Shown here one piece after another: positions 42,014 to 51,289 of a DNA stretch of 64,000 nt (position 1 is the stretch's first letter; each line of letters begins with the position of its first letter). Under the pieces are notes generated by a model. That model worked only from the letters and a program-made list of their open reading frames with translations. It searched no databases and had not been told where the DNA came from. The stretch is from the IMG/VR virus record IMGVR_UViG_3300041402_000314, positions 62,001-126,000 of that record. One strand, given 5' to 3'. Position numbers and translations under genes: made by a program.

Positions 42014-42517
42014 ATGAAAAGCAGTTTACAGAAAGAAATAGATGAGTGGTTAGGGCAAGAGGATAGTACCATACCAGAACCAACGAGTCCAGCATTACAA
42101 TCATCATTCTTTGATATGGTGGATAATATGATAAAGCTTAACAGGCAACATAGGATGAATTTACCTATGAATGTACCTACTTCAATTAGTCCTGTTCAAT
42201 TTGCTATGGAATTTTGTACTGTTAAATGTGATATAGGTAGACGAACAGGAAAGACGGGATATGTTAAATATAAAGCAGATGAAAATTCCTTTATAATTGT
42301 TCCAGAACATCAATTAGTGAGATCATATCCTAAAAATCTTATAGTTAAATGCGTCCGAGATATAATCCATTTTCCTAATATATTTCATGGTAAGAAAGCT
42401 CAAACCATCTATATAGATGAACCACAAATGGTTTTTAGATCAATTCCGCAACCTGATTTATATTATAGATTAGTGGATGAAATGTATGACCAAACCTTTA
42501 TATTGTTGGGAGCTTGA
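42014..42517 (+). CDS. Small P-loop (terminase-ATPase-like) protein with N-terminal LQxExDxWL motif
   Basis: MKSSLQKEIDEWL; GRRTGKT; IYIDEP. Confidence 0.6.
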   Translation: MKSSLQKEIDEWLGQEDSTIPEPTSPALQSSFFDMVDNMIKLNRQHRMNLPMNVPTSISPVQFAMEFCTVKCDIGRRTGKTGYVKYKADENSFIIVPEHQLVRSYPKNLIVKCVRDIIHFPNIFHGKKAQTIYIDEPQMVFRSIPQPDLYYRLVDEMYDQTFILLGA

Positions 42518-43423
42518 AAATGAAAGTAGTTGGAGATTGTACAGACGAAGATGTTAAGAGAATGATGGATGAAAAACTCACCTTTATATATTCTCAATGC
42601 GATTGTGAAGGCTGGAAGAAATATATACCGATTTTGGATAGCCATAGTGCAATGTCCGCTATTCGAGGAGCAACACATATCCCTTATCCTGAAGAAGGCG
42701 TATTCAAATTCTGTCCTTGGTGCGGAAAGCAGAGGCATACGTTATGAACAAATTTATCAAATGTTTATATAAGAAGTTAACTACTCCTAAATGTAAGCAT
42801 ATTTGGAAGACAGAAGACATAGAATTTCTTTATAGTAAGGAACATATGGGACATGCTTGTGGGTATATAGATATAGATTACTATGATGTTTATGCCCACC
42901 ACCAAAGATGTCTTAACTGTGATGAGAATAGAATCGTAACTAACAGCGAACTTGTTTCATCGCCAAAAGCCAAAACATTATGATCGTATATGATGAGCCA
43001 GATGAGAATGGTAAAAATCGAGAGATAAGTGTCACCGAAGAAATAGCCATTAAATCACAGAAAGAAGTAGCATTAAAGGCTAATGGATATGTCTATAAAA
43101 ATGATGAGGACGCATTAGCAGACTTCATGACTATACATTGGGCATGGAAAGAGGATTAATATGAAAGTAAAAGATTTTGAAATGGTAGAAAGTATCAAGA
43201 AATTATCTATGGGTAAAAATGATATTTTGGTTTTACAGCTCAAAAATATAATGTCTAAAAAGCAGTATAGTTTATATGCGAAAGAAACAATAGCAATGAT
43301 CAGAGACTCGTATGAACAAATACCTCATGTAATGATATTACCTGCTGATATGGATTTAAGTGTATTAACTATAGAAGATGAGAAACCTGATAAAACTGTA
43401 AAAATCCCTGAACCAGTAGAGGA

Positions 43424-43894
43424 TTGAAAATGGCACGACAAACAGCACTAATAAAGATATCGGGTGATTTGGTAAACTCACAAGAAGTTATTCAATGGAT
43501 TAAAGAAATATCCCAAGAATTCTTTACAGTTATATGTATAGGTGGCGGTACTCAAATAAATGAAGCCTTTATTAATAGTGGCATAGCTATTGGTACACAT
43601 GGCCCATTAGGTAGAGAAACAAATACTTTTCTTGAACGTCAATTAGCAAGGGATATTTTAGAAAGTAATCAGAGTGATCTTCAAGATGCCTTATCCGAAC
43701 AAAATATATCTGCCTCCGTAATAATACCTACCCTTGATATTGGTACTGTCTTATGTCACGTCAATGGGGATATATTTATATTATCGGCTTATCATGGCTA
43801 TAATAAACTATATATTGTGACCACTAAGGAAAGAGTAGATACTAAGGAACTTGAATTTGCTAAGTATCCCAAGATATCTATTAAAGGATTTTAA
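43424..43894 (+). CDS. Amino-acid-kinase-fold protein (shortened, ArgB-like)
   Basis: LIKISGDL, CIGGGTQIN, G.R.T, HVNGD. Confidence 0.6.
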   Translation: MKMARQTALIKISGDLVNSQEVIQWIKEISQEFFTVICIGGGTQINEAFINSGIAIGTHGPLGRETNTFLERQLARDILESNQSDLQDALSEQNISASVIIPTLDIGTVLCHVNGDIFILSAYHGYNKLYIVTTKERVDTKELEFAKYPKISIKGF

Positions 43895-43898
43895 GGGA

Positions 43899-44396
43899 TT
43901 AACGCCTCGGTTTCTTCTTCTTATTATATATCTCGATCTCAGTCAAAATTTTCCATTCCCATCCTCTTTTAACACAATAAGCTTTAGCCGCCTCCCATTT
44001 TGCAGAGTTAACAGCATACGTATAAGTCTCCCTTAATAACGTTTGAGTCCTCTTACCCCTTCTTCTAACAGGTGGTAAGGACTGAGCATATGGTTTCACC
44101 TCGATCAAATATTTCGACAATCTCCCCTGAGTATCCCTTATAATAGCGAAAAAATCTGGAAAATATCTAGCTGGTTTAGTCTGAACCACCTTGTCCTTAT
44201 TGAATTTTATCGGCTTATGATAGCCTATAATAATGGATTCTGAATTCCATTCCACCACATTTGGATTAGCATCAAAATACCTCATCACTTTTAATTCCCA
44301 CGAACTACGATACACAATAGGCCACGCACCTTTATATTTTGAAGGGTGTTTCGGTATATACGTTCCCTGACTATATTTAGATTTTCCTCTAGGCAT
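43899..44396 (-). CDS. gp4-like head completion nuclease (TnsA-like)
   Basis: YIPKHPSKYKG, YRSSWE, WNSE, RYFPDF, LIEVKP, VNSAKWEAA. Confidence 0.93.
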   Translation of the reverse strand: MPRGKSKYSQGTYIPKHPSKYKGAWPIVYRSSWELKVMRYFDANPNVVEWNSESIIIGYHKPIKFNKDKVVQTKPARYFPDFFAIIRDTQGRLSKYLIEVKPYAQSLPPVRRRGKRTQTLLRETYTYAVNSAKWEAAKAYCVKRGWEWKILTEIEIYNKKKKPRR

Positions 44397-44423
44397 AAGT
44401 AACCATCCATTTTTTTATAGTAG

Positions 44424-44443
44424 TATAAATATTTATATAAATA
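44424..44443. promoter_or_regulatory. Overlapping divergent T4-type late promoters
   Basis: TATAAATA 44424, TATTTATA 44430, TATAAATA 44436 between the divergent gp4 and gp2 genes. Confidence 0.8.
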
Positions 44444-44455
44444 ATTATAAAGAGG

Positions 44456-45010
44456 ATGAGTACGTATATGCCTTTCACAAGAAAATATAAGAAATTTGCT
44501 ACTGGCGGCTTCGCCCAATTTAGTTATAGCCCTAAGTGGCTCTCAAAATTATCCTTCTATGACAGAAGACCCCTTATCATTTTTATGGCTTACGATAACC
44601 AACGTAAATTGATACATGGAATAAATCTTCATTGGCTTACTAAAGAACAAAGAAGAAGAACCATCGCTTTAGTTAAAAGTGCTATGCGTATAACGAAAGA
44701 TAAGGGCTGGCCTTTTTCTAAGCCTATGCCTCTTGATATCTATCGTCTACTCAAAAGTAAATATCCTATTGCGACCATAGCATATAGAACATACTTCCCT
44801 AACCGTATAAGAAACGTATCCTTTCCTGCATGGGAGTGGGGAAACGAGGATGTGGAAGAGAAGATCATCAATACAGATACCGAGAAGATTATTGGTGTTT
44901 CTCCAGAACAAATTCAAGCACTCGCAAAAAAAGCATTGGGAGCTAGAGGACAGACCCAGACGAGAAAGGCTAAGAGAAGATCAAAAAGGTATAAATCAAA
45001 AAGTAGATAG
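44456..45010 (+). CDS. gp2-like DNA end protector
   Basis: FSYSPK...L.FYDRRPLI, GINLHWL...R, YRTY. Confidence 0.8.
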   Translation: MSTYMPFTRKYKKFATGGFAQFSYSPKWLSKLSFYDRRPLIIFMAYDNQRKLIHGINLHWLTKEQRRRTIALVKSAMRITKDKGWPFSKPMPLDIYRLLKSKYPIATIAYRTYFPNRIRNVSFPAWEWGNEDVEEKIINTDTEKIIGVSPEQIQALAKKALGARGQTQTRKAKRRSKRYKSKSR

Positions 45011-45054
45011 ATAAATAGATATAAATACTTAAAACTATTACGAGGAAATATAAT

Positions 45055-46713
45055 ATGAGTTGGTTAGATAAATTAAGAGGTAAGGATGTCTTAGAAGAAA
45101 ATCCTAAGATCATTAAGTCCTTTGAACAGACTAAGGATAAGCAAGAAGAGAAAGAAGAAAATGACATCGAGAAAATGGGAGCTACTGAATTTGAAATGTT
45201 CGGTAGTATGGAGTATTACTATAATTCTATTTATGGTACGACTTCCGATAAAGTAAGGCTTGCCAAAGAATATAGAGAAATGGCTATGTTCCCAGAAGTT
45301 GCGGATGCATTAGATGAAATCTGTGATGAGGCTATTGTCCCTGATGATGAAGGTGAAATCCTTAGTCTGCGTTTCGATGATGAAACCTTACAGAAAAATA
45401 AAAACAAAGTTAAAAATCTCCAGAAGGAATTTGACTTTGTAATCAACAAACTACTCAGTTTCAATGATGATGGATTTAATCTCTTCAGAAAATTCTATGT
45501 AGAGGGTGAGCTTTATGGTGAGATGGTTATTAATCCGAAGTCTCCTAAACAGGGTATTAAGAAGATCGTATTTCTGCCTCCCGAAACAATAACTCCAGAA
45601 TATGATGAATATAATAACATCAAAGGATTTATTCAGAAAGTGGAGGGCGGTCACAAAAATGGTAATGATGCGCTTATTAAATTTAGTTCTGAGCAGATTT
45701 CTTATGTGAATTCAGGTATTTTCAGTACCGATAAAAGAGTTCCGTTAAGCTTTATTGAAAGAGCTAAAGTAGCTTATCGACAATTGAAGTGGATGGAAGA
45801 CGCTCTTATTATATATAGAATAGTTCGTGCGCCAGAAAGAAGAGTCTTCACTGTTGATGTTGGTAATCTTCCAAAGAAGAAAGCTGAAGAATACATGAAC
45901 AATATCATTAAACGATATAAGCAGAAGAAAATCTATAATCCTCAGACAGGTGAAATCGATGTAGGTAAGCAAGTTTTGTCTATGATCGAAGACTTCTGGT
46001 TGCCTAAAAGAGCCGATGGTTCTGGTCCGTCCGTAGAAACCTTAGATGGAGGTTCAAATCTTGGAGAGATAGATGACGTTATCTATTTCGTTAAGAAGCT
46101 CTATAAGGCTCTTAAAATCCCTACAAAGCGTATGGATGAAGAGAGTAGTGGTGGTGTTTATCAGCCAAACGGAAAATCTGGTGAAATCGATAGGGATGAG
46201 ATCAAATTTGCTAAGTATGTCGTAAGGGTAAGACAAAGGTTTATTAAGTTCCTGACTCAGATTTTCGTAAAGCATCTTCAACTTACTGGCCTATGGAAGC
46301 AATATAAGCTCGATGAAGACATGTTCTCTTTCATATTCAATGAAGAAAATGAATGGAGAGAAACCAAGAAGCTTGAGAACTTTAGGGAAAGACTTGATAT
46401 CTTCCGTGAAGCTAAAGATCATTCATCTGACCCTGAGAAAGCTATTTACGCTATTGAATGGTTACAGAAAGAAATTCTCAAGATGTCTGATGAAGATATT
46501 GAAGAAAATAGAAAACTAATTGAGAAGGATAGAAAGGAAAAGGAAGAAACTGAAGATAAATGGGGTGCTGGTGATGAGCCAGAAGAAACTGACGGAGATG
46601 CGGATGGTGGCGGTAAGCCTCCAAAGAAGGAGCCTGAAGTAGAGCCAGAAGCGGAGCCTGAAGATGGAGATGAGGAAGAACCAGAAGAAGAAAGTACGGT
46701 TTTAAATACGTAA
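45055..46713 (+). CDS. gp20-like portal protein
   Basis: YREMA..PEV..A..EI..EAI, MEDALIIYRIVRAPERRVFTVDVGNLPKKKAEEY, EDFWLP.R, RDEIKF.K. Confidence 0.97.
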   Translation: MSWLDKLRGKDVLEENPKIIKSFEQTKDKQEEKEENDIEKMGATEFEMFGSMEYYYNSIYGTTSDKVRLAKEYREMAMFPEVADALDEICDEAIVPDDEGEILSLRFDDETLQKNKNKVKNLQKEFDFVINKLLSFNDDGFNLFRKFYVEGELYGEMVINPKSPKQGIKKIVFLPPETITPEYDEYNNIKGFIQKVEGGHKNGNDALIKFSSEQISYVNSGIFSTDKRVPLSFIERAKVAYRQLKWMEDALIIYRIVRAPERRVFTVDVGNLPKKKAEEYMNNIIKRYKQKKIYNPQTGEIDVGKQVLSMIEDFWLPKRADGSGPSVETLDGGSNLGEIDDVIYFVKKLYKALKIPTKRMDEESSGGVYQPNGKSGEIDRDEIKFAKYVVRVRQRFIKFLTQIFVKHLQLTGLWKQYKLDEDMFSFIFNEENEWRETKKLENFRERLDIFREAKDHSSDPEKAIYAIEWLQKEILKMSDEDIEENRKLIEKDRKEKEETEDKWGAGDEPEETDGDADGGGKPPKKEPEVEPEAEPEDGDEEEPEEESTVLNT

Positions 46714-46759
46714 GATATAAATAATTAAAATATTAATAAGATTTAAGGAGAAATATATT

Positions 46760-46930
46760 ATGGGTATGAAAGAATTGATAGACGGAATTAATGACGATAA
46801 CTTTTCAGATGCTAGAGACGAACTTAAGACATATGTTCAAGATAACATCACAAGTAGAGTTAGTGTTAAACAAGAAGAGCTTGGTTTAGTTATCCCTGTT
46901 GAAGAAGGCGATGCTGGCGAGGAAGACTAA
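46760..46930 (+). CDS. Probable gp67-like prohead core protein (56 aa, absent from the ORF track)
   Basis: Late promoter and AAGGAG RBS; MGMKELIDGINDDNFSDARDELK...acidic tail; lies directly after the portal. Confidence 0.65.
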   Translation: MGMKELIDGINDDNFSDARDELKTYVQDNITSRVSVKQEELGLVIPVEEGDAGEED

Positions 46931-47239
46931 ATGAGTGTTATCGATAAGATAGATAACCTTCTGAATGAAGCCTCTTCTAAGAAGCCTAAAGACATTAAAA
47001 GCATTTGGGATGCTGGTGAAGATGAAACGGATAGGTATACCATTGTCTTCGACCCTAAACAAGGTTATGAAGCTAATCCGGGTCTTTATATGATATTAGG
47101 ATTTGCTGCTGGTAGAGGCGGTGGTTCTATTTCTCAATGGGGAGAAGCCAAAGAAGGTAAACATTTAGGTAAAAAGCTTAAATGGGAAGATTTACCAAAA
47201 GAATCTCAAGAGCATGTTTTACAAAGGATTAAGGAATAA
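46931..47239 (+). CDS. Putative internal head protein (leader + conserved phage domain)
   Basis: Leader MSVIDKIDNLLNE; DRYTIVF...QWGE...HLGKK...DLP...Q. Confidence 0.6.
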   Translation: MSVIDKIDNLLNEASSKKPKDIKSIWDAGEDETDRYTIVFDPKQGYEANPGLYMILGFAAGRGGGSISQWGEAKEGKHLGKKLKWEDLPKESQEHVLQRIKE

Positions 47240-47250
47240 GGGAGACTAAG

Positions 47251-47928
47251 ATGAATCAACATCCATTAGTATTTTTAAGGGAAGAATTTGATTTTCAAAA
47301 CTTCGATAATATTATTGAAGAAGGTAAAGACGGTAAGGAAAAGACATATTGGGTTGTCGGTCCTACTATTGTATCTGAAGCAGAAAACAAGAATGGTAGA
47401 AAATACCAGAAGAGTGTCTGTGAAAGAGAAGTAGAAAGGTTCCAAAAAACAATAGATGAGAATAGGTCTGCTGGTGAACTTGGACATCCGAGTACACCAG
47501 AAATTAATCTCGAAAGAATATCTCATTACATCAAAGAGTTAAAGCAAGATGGAAATATTTGGATAGGTAAGCATCAAGTAGCTTCTACTCCAATGGGAAA
47601 CATCGCTAAAGCTCTCATTAATGATGGATATAAAATGGGTATTTCTACAAGAGGTCTTGGAACAGTTAAGGACGGAGTAGTAGGCGAGGATTTTAGATTG
47701 ATTACTGCCGACCTAGTTTCTGAGCCTTCTGGTCCCGGATGTTTTGTTGAATCTATTGTAGAAAATAAGCAATGGATTATAGACGAGTCTGGGAAAATCA
47801 AAGAAGTAGCGATGGAAGAAGCTTATGATGATCTTGAAGAAAAACTATGCGATTTGCCTAAACATGATATTGAAAAATTCATGATGGAAGCTATCTCATC
47901 ATTTGTTTCTAAAATTCAAAAAGCGTAA
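47251..47928 (+). CDS. gp21-like prohead protease
   Basis: NKNGRKY, GELGHP, INLERISH, TPMGNI, GISTRGLG, DLVSEPS. Confidence 0.95.
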   Translation: MNQHPLVFLREEFDFQNFDNIIEEGKDGKEKTYWVVGPTIVSEAENKNGRKYQKSVCEREVERFQKTIDENRSAGELGHPSTPEINLERISHYIKELKQDGNIWIGKHQVASTPMGNIAKALINDGYKMGISTRGLGTVKDGVVGEDFRLITADLVSEPSGPGCFVESIVENKQWIIDESGKIKEVAMEEAYDDLEEKLCDLPKHDIEKFMMEAISSFVSKIQKA

Positions 47929-47953
47929 AAAAATCACGATATATAAATAATTA
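47927..47953 (+). promoter_or_regulatory. Late promoter, 27-bp copy A
   Basis: AAAAAAATCACGATATATAAATAATTA, identical to 48784-48810. Confidence 0.85.
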
Positions 47954-47996
47954 AAATAACATAGTAAAATAGTCACAAGGAGATTAAGGAGATAAT

Positions 47997-48782
47997 ATGA
48001 ATCCACTAGAAAAATTAATCGAGTTTATTGAAAAAGAAGGAAAGGTTGAACTTTCTGAAGGTTTCAAATCTAAGCTTGAGGACGCTATCAAGGTAGCAAC
48101 TGTAGACAAGGAAACTGAGATTGAAGGTCTTAAGGAAATAATGAAGGAAGCTAAAGCTGAGATCGAATCTGGTAGAAGCGAACTTCAAGCTCTTAAGGAA
48201 GGCACTCTGGAAGATGCGAAGAAGGCTATAGAAGAGTATAAGGAATCTCTTACTGAGAAGATTTCTAGTTATCTTGAGTCTGAACTACAAAATCTCATTC
48301 CTGAGAATCTTGTAGAAGCTCAAGCTAAAGTAGAAGCTTATGAGCCTATCGTAGAAAAAGTTAAGGGCATATTCAAAGGTTATGGAGTTGAAATCGATTC
48401 TGAAGCTCATGATGTTCTTAAGGAAGCTAAAGAAGAAATTCTTGGACTCCAGAAAAGCTATGACACTATCGTAGCTGACAAACTTAAGCTTGAAGAGAAG
48501 ACTGCCGAGCTTCTTGCTAAGTATGTATTGAAGGAAAAGTGTGACGGTCTTACTGAAGCACAAGTCACTAAAATCAATGTTATCTTCAAAGGAAGTGATG
48601 TTGAAGAAATCGAAGAGAAATTTGAGTCTGTAGCTGATCTTATTATCTCTGATGGTTCTTCTGCTAGTGATGGTGATAGTGTTGATGGTGCTGGTTCTGG
48701 TTCTGATTTTATTGACGAATCTGCTGGTTCTGCTGCTATAATCGAAGAGGATGTTAACTCCCTCGGACAAGACCTTCTTTAA
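47997..48782 (+). CDS. gp22-like prohead scaffolding protein
   Basis: Acidic coiled coil, LSEGFK, KISSYL, GLTEAQ; between gp21 and gp23. Confidence 0.85.
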   Translation: MNPLEKLIEFIEKEGKVELSEGFKSKLEDAIKVATVDKETEIEGLKEIMKEAKAEIESGRSELQALKEGTLEDAKKAIEEYKESLTEKISSYLESELQNLIPENLVEAQAKVEAYEPIVEKVKGIFKGYGVEIDSEAHDVLKEAKEEILGLQKSYDTIVADKLKLEEKTAELLAKYVLKEKCDGLTEAQVTKINVIFKGSDVEEIEEKFESVADLIISDGSSASDGDSVDGAGSGSDFIDESAGSAAIIEEDVNSLGQDLL

Positions 48783-48783
48783 G

Positions 48784-48810
48784 AAAAAAATCACGATATA
48801 TAAATAATTA
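48784..48810 (+). promoter_or_regulatory. Late promoter, 27-bp copy B
   Basis: Identical to 47927-47953; upstream of the MCP. Confidence 0.85.
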
Positions 48811-48859
48811 CAAAAGATATAATAAACAATTACAAAAGGAGCTTTAAGGAGATAATAAT

Positions 48860-50002
48860 ATGATAACTGAAAATGTAGATCAATTAATTGAAAAATGGGA
48901 TGGAAAGGGTTTCAAGGTAAGCGAAATCTCTGACCAGCTAGTTAGAGAGAACACTGCAAAGATTCTCGAAAATGAGCATAGATATATACTAGAAGCGAGT
49001 TCTACTTTGTCAACAGACATAGCGGACTTCAAGAAGATCATCATGCCTCTTACGAGAAGAATCTTCCCGAATCTTATCGCTAATGATCTTGTAGGTGTAC
49101 AGCCTATGAGCGGTCCTGTTGGACTTGCATACGCACTTAGGTTCAAAGCTGGTAACGCTGAGACTAACTATAACAGTGGTACGCAACAGGAAGTAGGTTA
49201 TAACACTGTTGATAAAGACTACTCTGGTTCTGTTCTTACGTCTGCTGGTGAAAGATGGGGTTCTACTGACCCAACTAAGACCAAGGAAATTCCAGAAGCA
49301 CAAATGAGCATCGAGCAGGTTTCTATCGAAGCAAAGACCAGAAAGTTGAGAGCAAGGTACTCTCTCGAATCTGCACAAGACCTTAGAAACGTTCATGGTC
49401 TTAATGTAGAAGCTGAGATGACTAACATGCTTCAATACGAAATCTCTGCTGAAATTGATAGAGAGCTTGTAGACAGAATTAACACTCTTGCTGATACTAA
49501 CTCTTCCGACTATGTTGTTAGTGCTGGTGACGGTCAGTGGGAAGCTGAGAAGTTCAGAAATCTTTACACAAGAATCGTTAAAGAAGCATCCGCAATCGCT
49601 ACTAGAACTAGAAGAGGTGCTGGTAACTTCATCATATGTTCTTCTAACGTAGTAACTGCGCTTGACTCTCTTAACAACTTCTTGATTCAGCCAACAAGTT
49701 CTGGCCCAATGAATCTTTCTCCGGGTGTTGCAAAAGTAGGTAGCATCGAGAACAGATTCACCGTATACAGAGATACTTTCGCTACAAGCGACTATATCAC
49801 TGTAGGTTACAAAGGTCCGGGTGCTGCTAACAGCGGTGTTGTTTACTGTCCTTACGTACCGATCATGATCAGCAAAGCAACTGAAGAAGGTTCTTTCTAT
49901 CCGATCATCGGTGTTATGACGCGATATGGCGTAGTAGATCATCTTTTTGGCGGAAGCGATTTTTACAGCAAAATTAACGTTGATTTTACAAACGTTTTTT
50001 AA
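48860..50002 (+). CDS. gp23-like major capsid protein (compact, 380 aa)
   Basis: RRIFPNLIANDLVGVQPMSGPVGL, AKTRKLRA.YS.E.AQDL..VHG, EIDRE, TRRGAGNF, YCPYVP, MTRYG. Confidence 0.97.
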   Translation: MITENVDQLIEKWDGKGFKVSEISDQLVRENTAKILENEHRYILEASSTLSTDIADFKKIIMPLTRRIFPNLIANDLVGVQPMSGPVGLAYALRFKAGNAETNYNSGTQQEVGYNTVDKDYSGSVLTSAGERWGSTDPTKTKEIPEAQMSIEQVSIEAKTRKLRARYSLESAQDLRNVHGLNVEAEMTNMLQYEISAEIDRELVDRINTLADTNSSDYVVSAGDGQWEAEKFRNLYTRIVKEASAIATRTRRGAGNFIICSSNVVTALDSLNNFLIQPTSSGPMNLSPGVAKVGSIENRFTVYRDTFATSDYITVGYKGPGAANSGVVYCPYVPIMISKATEEGSFYPIIGVMTRYGVVDHLFGGSDFYSKINVDFTNVF

Positions 50003-50026
50003 GATAACCTAAAGTAACACATTAAC

Positions 50027-50060
50027 AAAAAGGGCTACTCGATTTGAGTAGCCCTTTTTT
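50027..50060 (+). terminator. Intrinsic terminator after the MCP
   Basis: AAAAAGGGCTACTC-GATTT-GAGTAGCCCTTTTTT. Confidence 0.9.
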
Positions 50061-50115
50061 ATTGTCCAAAATTTGACTTTTATCTATAGTCTGTGTTATA
50101 CTATAAAATCTTAAA

Positions 50116-50218
50116 TATATAAATAATTAAAAGAGAGTTAGCTAACTTACGGGAATAGGTTAGCAACAGGTGGAGTAAGTTACCTGATGTCCTCTCTCAC
50201 ATCTATTTATATAAGGAG
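50116..50218 (+). repeat. Structured cassette, copy 3 (leader of the GIY-YIG gene)
   Basis: TATAAATA..AGAGAG, GCTAAC/GTTAGC, CAGGT-GGAG-/ACCTG, TGTC-CTCTCT..TATTTATATAAGGAG; matches the reverse complement of copies 1 and 2. Confidence 0.85.
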
Positions 50219-50225
50219 TAAGATC

Positions 50226-51266
50226 ATGCCAAACCCACCATTCTATACTTACGTTCTATTAGACCCTCGTAAAAAAGGAAACTATATTTATAATGGATTC
50301 TCATTCGATTATGAGCCGTTCTATTTCGGTAAAGGAATTAACGGTAGATGTAATGACCATATCAGCGAAGCTATCAATACCGATAAAAATAGACCTAAAT
50401 TAAATAAAATAAGAAAAATTCTCAAAGTTGGGAGGAAACCTATTATAGTTAAAGTCTTAGAAAATATTGATGAGCAAACAGCATTTGATAATGAAATAGA
50501 ATCAATAGCCGAGATAGGTCGAGCTGATTTAGGTTTAGGTCCACTAACTAACCTAACTGATGGTGGAGAAGGTGTAAGTGGTAGAATTATGTCTGATGAA
50601 GAAAAGAAATTACGAAGTCAAATATTAACTGGTATCAAAAAACCGCCTAGAACAGATGAACATAATAAAAATTTAGGTAATGCTGTTAGTGAAGCATGGC
50701 AAAATAAATTAGAAGAAGGATTTGAGTGGTCTGATGAAACCATTAATAAAAGAGCTGAATCTAATAGAGGTCAAACTAGAACAGATGAACAGAAACAGAG
50801 AATGAGCGTGTCTCAAATAATTTATTGTTCGGATGAGAAAGTTCGTGAAATGAAATCAGAAATATCACTCGAATATTATTCTTCTGAGGAAGGCGAACAA
50901 ACCAAACAACAAATATCAGCTAATCTCGTTTCCTTCTATGATACTGAAGAGGGTCAAGCTCTTAAAGATCATCTTTCATCTATTAACACAGGAGAAAATA
51001 ATCCTTTATATGGAACTAAAAATTCAGTTGAAACCATAGAGAAACGTGCAGCTACTAGAAAGAAAAATGGTCATTGGCAGATAAGTGAAGAGGAATTGTT
51101 TGAATCCTTTTCTAATGGACAGAAGAAACGATTTTCTGACCCAGAAGAGAGACGAAAGCAGAGCGAACGATTAAAGGGTAGGCGTTGGTATAATAACGGT
51201 AAACAACAAGGCCAATACCATCCAGATAAACGGCCTGATGGATGGGAATTAGGTAGATTAAGATAA
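50226..51266 (+). CDS. GIY-YIG (LEM-3/ANKLE1-like) homing endonuclease with NUMOD3-like repeats
   Basis: FYTYVLLDPR, PFYFGKG..GR...H, E...I...GR, LTNLTDGGEG, NPLYG, WYNNG. Confidence 0.85.
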   Translation: MPNPPFYTYVLLDPRKKGNYIYNGFSFDYEPFYFGKGINGRCNDHISEAINTDKNRPKLNKIRKILKVGRKPIIVKVLENIDEQTAFDNEIESIAEIGRADLGLGPLTNLTDGGEGVSGRIMSDEEKKLRSQILTGIKKPPRTDEHNKNLGNAVSEAWQNKLEEGFEWSDETINKRAESNRGQTRTDEQKQRMSVSQIIYCSDEKVREMKSEISLEYYSSEEGEQTKQQISANLVSFYDTEEGQALKDHLSSINTGENNPLYGTKNSVETIEKRAATRKKNGHWQISEEELFESFSNGQKKRFSDPEERRKQSERLKGRRWYNNGKQQGQYHPDKRPDGWELGRLR

Positions 51267-51289
51267 GGGAGCCTTACGGCTCCTTTTTT
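51265..51289 (+). terminator. Intrinsic terminator
   Basis: GGAGCC-TTAC-GGCTCC followed by a T run. Confidence 0.85.

Noticed and set aside
42014-42517. Terminase large subunit
   Set aside because: Only 167 aa with Walker-like motifs and no nuclease domain.
49010-49942. 310-aa antisense ORF over the MCP, and similar minus-strand ORFs such as 8213..8890 and 48285..48794
   Set aside because: Shadow ORFs of strongly biased + strand genes, with no recognisable motifs.
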